NCBI GenBank assembly: GCA_964641255.1
Contig: CAZXMM010000001.1
Location: 79,757 to 143,756 of the forward strand
Direction of reading: 5' to 3'
Length of the DNA: 64,000 nucleotides
DNA from: an uncultured Gammaproteobacteria bacterium
GTDB taxonomy: Bacteria > Patescibacteriota > Microgenomatia > JAMCZE01
Positions within the stretch are counted from its first letter, which is position 1, and each line of letters opens with the position of its first letter. The notes beneath the pieces were generated by a model. That model did not search any database. It saw nothing but the letters and a program-made list of their open reading frames with translations, and was not told the DNA's origin. Positions 57,311-64,000 of the stretch are shown one piece after another. The position numbers and the translations under genes are program-made.

Positions 57311-59200
57311 TTAGTCTGCTCCTCCTCCACCCCCGCCTCCTCCTCCACCCCCGCCTCCTCCGCCACTCGAAAAACTTCCCCCTCCACCACTGCTCATTGT
57401 CGTACCTACAGAGGCAGTAAGGTTAGACATACTTTGGGTAAGGGCGGTTCCAAAATCGAGTCCAAGTCCTGAGGCGCCTGAGGTGAAATCAACCTCAGTT
57501 CCTTTGCTACTATACACATGATACCAGGTGGGAATATAGGTAGTGGCTCCCTCTTGTCCCAGAATGAGGGGAAGATATTTAGAAACCTGTTTGGCAACAC
57601 CAAGGGCGGTACCGTAGACAAGCATTTCTTCCCAGATAACAAGAGCGTGGGGTAACTCATCTTTAAAGTGGGAAAAGTCTCGTAGAAAATTTCTAAAGCC
57701 CTCCCACCGTTTCGCTTCCAGAGAAGCCTCTTTGGTCCAACGGTAAAATACTCTGCCCCAAAAGGCAAAGAGAAACGCCCCACCAATTACTGCCCAGATA
57801 GCGAGGGCCATAAAAGCAATATCGGTCATAATCATAAACAGGATGGAGAGAAGGGAAACTACCAATACATTACTGATCACAAAACGAGTGCGCCATTTCT
57901 TGCCTCCTGGTTCCAAAAATTTCTGGCTATCTGCCATGTCCTTAACCGTTTCCATCCAGCCAGTCCAAAAAGCTCTTGTGGTGGTGGGGCTCTTTTTCAT
58001 TTGAGATTTTAAATCGTCAAGGGAAATTTCATCTTCTGTTGTCAGGCTAAAGACAAAATCAAAAAGTTCTTGCTCATAGCTATTGAGGGGGCCATTGGGT
58101 TTATAGCGAGAATCTCCTTTAACGATAAAGTAATCAAAGTCCCGTTTACTGCCGATCCCCAAGATCCCTTTAGTATATTTTTGTCGGCTGTCAATACGAA
58201 TGTGGTGACGTCTGGCTAGGTCCAAAAGCGTAGCTGAGAAGGAGTTGGTGGATACTAAATGATTTTGAGAAACGAGTGCTTCTACCAAAGCGGGTGGGCG
58301 AGTGCTGGGGGGATTATGAATATACTGCGGAACTGAAACATCATACTCTCTTCCGTGTCTTACCCAGATAAGAGTCCAAAACCCGATCCAGCCCAAAATA
58401 CCAAGAAGGACCCCAACGGCGGTAAACTGGGCCACGGTGTGCCAAAAGAGAGTGTCTTGTCTGAAGCGGTCTTCTTCAGCTTTAATGCTAGCTAGATCTT
58501 TGCCAGAAACGCTAGGTCCAGTAATAACACTGGCGGGGAAAACAAATCTGGTTTCCACCATTTGCTTTTTGTCGAGATTATTAACAGTAAACTCTACACT
58601 TTTCCCGTCAAGAATAGCCGAGTTTCCTTGAAGGGGGCCATGACCCCACACGTAGAGATTTTCTTTGCCTACGTCCGTGGGAAGAGATATACGGATTAAC
58701 ACTTTGTCTGTACGAGCGTCCCAGTCCGGGCCGATCATTTTCCAATAAAATTCAGCGACGTCTTGATACTTCGTTACCCCACCCAGAAGAGTGTAAGAAA
58801 GGGTAAAGGTTTTTTCTTCGTTCGCTGAGGAGTGGTAAGCCTCGATGTGTTCGACAGCTCCGTTTCGTTCTGCCGCAAATTTATGAGTTGGCCTGGCGGA
58901 GTTTGCGGTAGGAATAGCTTCGTAAGGAATTACTACCCCGTTGCCAGTCTCACTAAAGGACACCCCATTAATAACTTGCGACTGGGTCAGGGGAATATCC
59001 CAAAACACTCTACTAAAGCTGCCGTCAAAGCTAAAGGTGCGCGCCTCGGTAATATCGACACTGCCATCAGCACTAATAGTTGCGTCAATAACCACCGAGG
59101 GGAAGAAAAAGGTTTTGTTAGCGGCCAAAGCGGCCCCTGGGAAAAGAAAACCTAGTGTTAGAAGCAGAAGGGCAAAGAAAAGTGCAAAGAGAGTTTTCAT
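57311..59200 (-). CDS. DUF2207 membrane protein
   Basis: Signal peptide; DGSVDITE, EFYW..IG..W, ATLLDLARR, WEEMLVYGTALGV; Gly-rich C-terminus. Confidence 0.9.
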   Translation of the reverse strand: MKTLFALFFALLLLTLGFLFPGAALAANKTFFFPSVVIDATISADGSVDITEARTFSFDGSFSRVFWDIPLTQSQVINGVSFSETGNGVVIPYEAIPTANSARPTHKFAAERNGAVEHIEAYHSSANEEKTFTLSYTLLGGVTKYQDVAEFYWKMIGPDWDARTDKVLIRISLPTDVGKENLYVWGHGPLQGNSAILDGKSVEFTVNNLDKKQMVETRFVFPASVITGPSVSGKDLASIKAEEDRFRQDTLFWHTVAQFTAVGVLLGILGWIGFWTLIWVRHGREYDVSVPQYIHNPPSTRPPALVEALVSQNHLVSTNSFSATLLDLARRHHIRIDSRQKYTKGILGIGSKRDFDYFIVKGDSRYKPNGPLNSYEQELFDFVFSLTTEDEISLDDLKSQMKKSPTTTRAFWTGWMETVKDMADSQKFLEPGGKKWRTRFVISNVLVVSLLSILFMIMTDIAFMALAIWAVIGGAFLFAFWGRVFYRWTKEASLEAKRWEGFRNFLRDFSHFKDELPHALVIWEEMLVYGTALGVAKQVSKYLPLILGQEGATTYIPTWYHVYSSKGTEVDFTSGASGLGLDFGTALTQSMSNLTASVGTTMSSGGGGSFSSGGGGGGGGGGGGGGGAD

Positions 59201-59258
59201 TACTCAATATTCTATCTCACTGAAGACAAAAACCGCTACCGCCTGTTACAATGAGCTG

Positions 59259-60032
59259 GTGAATATCCTGCAGACACTCATTCTCGCAGTTGTTGAAGGA
59301 ATAACAGAGTTTCTCCCTATCTCCTCAACCGGTCACCTTATTCTCACCAGCGATCTCTTGAAAATAGTCCAAACCGATTTTTTTAAAAGCTTCGAAATTG
59401 CTATTCAGCTTGGTGCAGTTCTCTCAGTTGTAGCGCTGTATGCTAGAACACTCCTGAGGGAGAGACAGGTCTGGAGAAATATCTTTGTAGCGTTTATTCC
59501 TACCGGAGTTCTGGGACTGCTTCTTTACAAAGTGGTTAAAACATATCTACTGGGTAACGAACTCGTTGTCGTTATTTCCCTATTGGTTGGTGGGGCTTTC
59601 CTTATTTTTGTTGAAAAAGTAGTTAAGTTTGAAAAGCACCACATTACTGATATTGGGAAACTTGGCTTGCGTGATTCGTTTGTCTTGGGTCTTTGTCAAA
59701 GCCTTGCCATGATCCCGGGGGTGTCTCGCTCGGCAGCCACCATTGTGGGGGGAATGTTTTTGGGAATGAGTCGCACTGCAGCCGCAGAGTTTTCCTTTTT
59801 GCTCGCTATTCCTACTATGGCTGCAGCGACTATGCTTGATCTAGTGCAAAGTAGCTGGGCTTTTACAAATGAGGAATACTTTCTCTTAGCCCTTGGTTTT
59901 GTTGGTTCGTTCTTTACTGCCCTCATTGCGGTCCGACTCTTTATTCGTTACGTTCAGACGCATAACTTTGTCATTTTTGGAGTTTACCGTATTGTTCTCG
60001 CTATAGTAGCTTACTTTATTTTAGTACGGTGA
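59259..60032 (+). CDS. uppP: Undecaprenyl-diphosphate phosphatase (UppP/BacA)
   Basis: VEGITEFLPISSTGHL, IQLGA, PGVSRSAATI, AEFSFLLAIP, FGVYR; GTG start at 59259. Confidence 0.95.
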   Translation: MNILQTLILAVVEGITEFLPISSTGHLILTSDLLKIVQTDFFKSFEIAIQLGAVLSVVALYARTLLRERQVWRNIFVAFIPTGVLGLLLYKVVKTYLLGNELVVVISLLVGGAFLIFVEKVVKFEKHHITDIGKLGLRDSFVLGLCQSLAMIPGVSRSAATIVGGMFLGMSRTAAAEFSFLLAIPTMAAATMLDLVQSSWAFTNEEYFLLALGFVGSFFTALIAVRLFIRYVQTHNFVIFGVYRIVLAIVAYFILVR

Positions 60033-60490
60033 ACAGAGTCCTCGTCTATAGTTTCTTTGCCCCCTCAAATAAAAGCTTCAAAATACTACGCGACCTAAAA
60101 CTAATTAATGGCGACAAGTATTACATTGGCAGTCTTAAGACTCTTATCAAAATGATTAGCAGGGAAAACTATGATTACATTCTGGGGTTGGGAGACTATA
60201 ACAAATTGGCAAAGCAGATAAGAGTCGAGACAATATTTGTTAATAGATATGGCAAAGAGGTAATTGATTCTTTGGGGCGAGAAAAGTGCTACCCCTCTTG
60301 GAGTCTATCCCATGAATCACTAAGAGTTTCTGATAAGGAAACAAATGGGAACTGCAACCGGGCAGCATATTGCGTTGAGAGTGCATTGAAACAAAATGCT
60401 TTACCCAGTAAACATGCCTTTCTCCATATTCCCAGCAGTTTTGACCTAATGGCTGCGACTGGTATGATAGGGGAACTATGGCCGAAATAA
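60029..60490 (+). CDS. Pyroglutamyl-peptidase I (C15)-like protein
   Basis: ILGLG, IRVET (Glu), GNCN (Cys), AFLHIP (His). Confidence 0.55.
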   Translation: MNRVLVYSFFAPSNKSFKILRDLKLINGDKYYIGSLKTLIKMISRENYDYILGLGDYNKLAKQIRVETIFVNRYGKEVIDSLGREKCYPSWSLSHESLRVSDKETNGNCNRAAYCVESALKQNALPSKHAFLHIPSSFDLMAATGMIGELWPK

Positions 60491-61077
60491 TTCCTTCAGA
60501 TTCAAAATACCTTCCCTTGACTCAGCAAAAATACAGTTGTGTTCCTACCTGTATCCAGATGGTAATGCTTCGACACAATATTCCCCTGATGCCCGCTGAA
60601 CTTATTGGCTATGAGCTGGGGCTGGTAGTTCCCCAGATGGATGCCAAGCTGTTTTGGAAACCAAGGACTGGAGCGAGGCCAGCGGCGGGATACGGCACCC
60701 AACTAAGTAAAAAGGAATACGGACCAAACTTGGTATTTAGAAAACTGGGAATTCCTTTAGCCATGAATTGGTCTCTTGTTAATTCCTTCAGGTCACTGGA
60801 GAGCTTTAAGGAATATTTGGGTAAGTTCGAAAATTCACAAAAAGATATTTTGCTTTGCTTTGATTGGGGAGATTTGCACGGGGATAGGACCTACCATAAT
60901 GGACACGTGTGTTTACTGGATAAAGTAGAAGGGGATCAAATTAGAATAGTAGATCCTGATCCCTTTTCTCCCAAGTGGCAAACTTGGAGCCAAGAAGAAA
61001 TGCTTAGTGCAATGAGATATCATGGGGTGGACAAAATGGCTGGATGCTGGGAGATTACTGACCTTTCTGGGAAATAG
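60478..61077 (+). CDS. Papain-like/C39-like cysteine peptidase
   Basis: QQKYSCVPTC (Q..C), GHVC (His), IVDPD (Asp). Confidence 0.65.
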   Translation: MAEIIPSDSKYLPLTQQKYSCVPTCIQMVMLRHNIPLMPAELIGYELGLVVPQMDAKLFWKPRTGARPAAGYGTQLSKKEYGPNLVFRKLGIPLAMNWSLVNSFRSLESFKEYLGKFENSQKDILLCFDWGDLHGDRTYHNGHVCLLDKVEGDQIRIVDPDPFSPKWQTWSQEEMLSAMRYHGVDKMAGCWEITDLSGK

Positions 61078-61603
61078 CTTCGTCTAAAAGAACCCCGTTT
61101 AAGTAAATGGTTACCGTAGTCATAGCGGGAAATTGCAGTGCGGTCTGGGTGATTTGTTCTTTTAGTCTTGGTTCATCGCATGCTCCACCCAGTTGTATCG
61201 ATCCGGTGAGATACACATCTCCGTGTTTTTCTGTTTGAATAACTTTATCAACACTAAGATCTGAATTCGACAAAGAATTGTAGTAGCCAAGCTCTTCCGG
61301 CGACTTCTCCTTTAAGGAAAAGAGTCCGTCCAATCCTCCACGAATAAGATCCTTGGTGGGACCAATTTCTACTATGATAGGGACTAAGCTATCGCCACAG
61401 CCCACAAGTTTGCCAAGCTTGCCGTTATCTCCTGTAGCTATGACGTAGGCTTTAACTTTCATTTTAGGAAACCCGGTTTCGGTAAGATTGTCCTTGGGCC
61501 GGACAGTTCTAGTGGGGTTAGTAGTTCTGAGCAAAAAGAAGCTAACAGCGGCACCGCTGCCTAAAAAAAGGAGAGTAATAAATATAAAAAATGGGTATCT
61601 CAT
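61055..61603 (-). CDS. Membrane-anchored GerMN-like protein
   Basis: N-terminal TM; GCGDSLVP, GGACDEPR..EQITQTALQFP. Confidence 0.7.
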   Translation of the reverse strand: MRYPFFIFITLLFLGSGAAVSFFLLRTTNPTRTVRPKDNLTETGFPKMKVKAYVIATGDNGKLGKLVGCGDSLVPIIVEIGPTKDLIRGGLDGLFSLKEKSPEELGYYNSLSNSDLSVDKVIQTEKHGDVYLTGSIQLGGACDEPRLKEQITQTALQFPAMTTVTIYLNGVLLDEAISQKGQ

Positions 61604-61620
61604 AGGAAAACCCTGGTCAG

Positions 61621-62421
61621 TTAAATTAAATTTAGGTCTGGGTTTATGATGGGCGTAAGCGTCTCGAAGGGAATGTTTACATGTCTTACTCCTGCTGAGT
61701 AGGGAGCCACCTGAGACGGATCAAAAATGAGGATCAAGTCAGATTCACCGATGTTAAATTTGGTGAAGTTTTTAGCACTGGGAGAAGCACCGCTAGCGAC
61801 CAAAGAGGTTATTCCCGGGTCGGGACCGAGTTGGGTATTAAGCTCCGCAATAGCAAGGTCAGATAAAACTTGCGCAAAATTTGCTTTGTCTGCAAACATA
61901 TCCGCAATTTGTAGTTCTTTTTTAAGCACCAGACTGTAGGTGATAGTAGTGTGCACAGTATCAGGGTGAGCCATGTGGTAGTAGTACTGAGAAATGGTGA
62001 AGTCTAAAGAGATAAAGGAACTATCAACACGGTTGGCTAGGTAGCTAATAAAAAGCTGATTGGCGGGGTCGCTTCCCGTTGTCTCTTTGCTTTGCTCATT
62101 GGCCTCTTTTTTAAATTCGGTCACGGTTGAATCTACCAAGGTCTGAATGCGGGTGTTAATCTCTTTTTCTAAAACAGAGTCAAAAACTCCGGCTACTTGG
62201 GGGTAGGCAAGTTTAACAGTCCAGGTATTATTTGGATCAGTTTCCTCACTCGTAGTTTCCAGGATGTGAACGTCAGTAGCGGTGGGCAGACCAACCCGGG
62301 AAACCTGGGGAGCGTTTTTTGTTGCCTGGACCGTGTAGAGAATAAGAAAGATAGTAAAGGCTATTACGACAAAGGCAACGAACAGTTTCTTAGCTAGCCT
62401 GTTGGGTATAGCTTTTTTCAT
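61621..62421 (-). CDS. DUF3298/DUF4163 (RsiV/PdaC-like) membrane-anchored protein
   Basis: YPQV, AHP, FDPSQVAPYSAG...IPF. Confidence 0.8.
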   Translation of the reverse strand: MKKAIPNRLAKKLFVAFVVIAFTIFLILYTVQATKNAPQVSRVGLPTATDVHILETTSEETDPNNTWTVKLAYPQVAGVFDSVLEKEINTRIQTLVDSTVTEFKKEANEQSKETTGSDPANQLFISYLANRVDSSFISLDFTISQYYYHMAHPDTVHTTITYSLVLKKELQIADMFADKANFAQVLSDLAIAELNTQLGPDPGITSLVASGASPSAKNFTKFNIGESDLILIFDPSQVAPYSAGVRHVNIPFETLTPIINPDLNLI

Positions 62422-62447
62422 CGCCGGCTAAGTATACCAAATGAGCA

Positions 62448-62666
62448 CTACTTTTTAATTATCTTTCCCCAGTGAATTGAGTTCCAAATTCTCTCGTGGA
62501 GAAAATACAAAATAGTGGCGATGATATTGGAGATACTGACTATCGAAACCGTAGTAACAATATCACGCGTAATAAACTGCACAATAATTGACTGACTAAC
62601 AATGATCGTCAGTCGGTAAGTAATGGTTTTTACCAATGAGCGTGATGTCTTTTCGTGCAGTTTCAT
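62448..62666 (-). CDS. DUF2061 small membrane protein
   Basis: RSLVKTITYR...LYFLHERIWNSIHWG. Confidence 0.88.
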   Translation of the reverse strand: MKLHEKTSRSLVKTITYRLTIIVSQSIIVQFITRDIVTTVSIVSISNIIATILYFLHERIWNSIHWGKIIKK

Positions 62667-63617
62667 TTAACTAACTATATTTTTGGGATCCCCCCTAATA
62701 TATGACTCGATATTACCGATAATAATGTCCGGGAGGTTGTGAAGAGAATCGTTTGTTAACCAACCCAAATGAGGAGTCAAGACGACACTTGGGAGCTGTA
62801 AAAGGGGGTTTGTCCTTTCCCACTTTACGATAACATCCAGTCCCGCCCCAGCTATTTTTTTATCTTTCAAGACTTCATAAAGCGCTAATTCGTCAACCAC
62901 CCCTCCTCTAGACGTGTTAATTAATATTGCAGATGGTTTCATGAGCCCTAACAGTTCCTTAGAAATTAGTCCATTAGTCTCTTTGTTTAAAGCAAGGTTT
63001 ATTGAAATTACGTCGCTTAGCTTAAATAGATCTTTAAGATCCGCCGGTGTGACATCCTTAACCTTTTTATATTTTCTATCCCAGCCAACAACTTTCATGT
63101 CCAATCCATTTCCCATTTTGGCTACCCGCTGGCCTATAGCTCCTAATCCTATTACCCCCAAGGTCTTTCCCTGGAGATCAAAACCGCTGTAACTATTAAC
63201 GTGATCGGTATTGCCTGGATCGGTTTCAAAAGGGCGATCGCGCATAGCGGAGTTTCCTAGGGGGATCTTTCTGTTGACCGCAAAGATTAAACCAATGGCC
63301 AATTCGGCTACTGACTGGGTAGCAAATCCGGGAACATTAGATACCACAATTGACTTATTTTTTGCTGCAACCAAGTCAATGCCATTATAGCCGGTGCTGT
63401 TAAGACTGATGAACTTTAAATTCTTGGTCGATTCCAAAACCCTTTGTCCAAGCGGAGCTATAAAACAATCGACAATTGCAATGTCTGCGTTTTGTAATCT
63501 TTTGATCGCTGTTTCCTCGTCACTGGTATTATCAAAAACCTCAAGCTCACCCAGTGACCGGAGCTTAGAAATATGTGTTTCCGTCAGGAATGATTGATTG
63601 AGAACGACAATCTTCAT
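62667..63617 (-). CDS. D-2-hydroxyacid dehydrogenase
   Basis: NVPGFA..SVAE, GVIGLGAIG, LINTSRG.VVDE, AGLDV, LTPHLG. Confidence 0.92.
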   Translation of the reverse strand: MKIVVLNQSFLTETHISKLRSLGELEVFDNTSDEETAIKRLQNADIAIVDCFIAPLGQRVLESTKNLKFISLNSTGYNGIDLVAAKNKSIVVSNVPGFATQSVAELAIGLIFAVNRKIPLGNSAMRDRPFETDPGNTDHVNSYSGFDLQGKTLGVIGLGAIGQRVAKMGNGLDMKVVGWDRKYKKVKDVTPADLKDLFKLSDVISINLALNKETNGLISKELLGLMKPSAILINTSRGGVVDELALYEVLKDKKIAGAGLDVIVKWERTNPLLQLPSVVLTPHLGWLTNDSLHNLPDIIIGNIESYIRGDPKNIVS

Positions 63618-63678
63618 TTGCTAATTATAGCAACTACTCCAGCTACCGACGGGTAGTAGCTTAACAAATCGTGACCAA

Positions 63679-64000
63679 TTAACTCCCGACCCTAATTCTG
63701 CTTGGGGTAATTTCGATACTATCATTTGCTCGGTTGAAAATAATTTTGAAGTTGTCAAAAAAACCCTCTTGGCCAAGAAGACCACGAACGTTGGCCCCCT
63801 TCATAAAGCCAACTGGGATAGTGACTGAGTGATTAGTTCCTATCACCTCAACAGCAATTTTTGTTAGATAAACAGTCACGGTGTCCTTGCCAATTCCTCC
63901 AAATTGTTGTTTGGACACTTTCCTGAGATCAACCCCCACTGCTTTAGCAATCTCAATGTCGAAAAGAGACATATCTGCCCCAGAATCAATGAGAGCTTCA
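63679..64000 (-). CDS. Retropepsin-like aspartyl protease, 5' truncated by the window edge
   Basis: The frame extends upstream of the ORF-track start and reads EALIDSGADMS; LLGQEGFF downstream. Confidence 0.8.
   Translation of the reverse strand, partial: EALIDSGADMSLFDIEIAKAVGVDLRKVSKQQFGGIGKDTVTVYLTKIAVEVIGTNHSVTIPVGFMKGANVRGLLGQEGFFDNFKIIFNRANDSIEITPSRIRVGS

Noticed and set aside
57315-57390. CCTCCTCCACCCCCG tandem repeats
   Set aside because: Encodes the usual poly-Gly tail of DUF2207 proteins.
58941-59258. Long N-terminal extension of UppP in the ORF track (similar extensions on the NUDIX, ObgE, 8058-9380 and 55857 ORFs)
   Set aside because: Most overlap neighbouring genes; downstream starts fit family N-termini and, in several cases, -10 spacing.

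Overview
Compact, gene-dense bacterial chromosome segment (genetic code 11) spanning the replication origin. It carries rpmH-rnpA-yidD-yidC-jag on the minus strand and dnaA-oriC-dnaN on the plus strand. Gene content suggests Patescibacteria/CPR, probably Microgenomates; this is an inference from the short YidC, arm-less ValRS, DUF4012, VanW, a PrgI/VirB4 locus with no other T4SS genes in the window, many orphans and few biosynthetic genes. Other housekeeping genes are tsaD, tsaC, valS, rplY, rnhA, obgE and uppP, plus a frameshifted rarA. Points of note: a 720-aa orphan HExxH protein between rpmH and dnaA; a B. subtilis-like basal unwinding system (DnaA-trios) at oriC; frequent leaderless -10/ATG architecture; a structured 350-bp intergenic region with a 6S-like candidate RNA; an MggS-like GT4 paired with a GH13_18 phosphorylase; a DEDD exonuclease plus Fe-S PD-(D/E)XK nuclease cassette; an orphan Pgm1-like ATP-grasp ligase; and two disrupted genes. 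No tRNA, rRNA, CRISPR array, integrase or transposase was seen. All calls come from visual motif recognition only.
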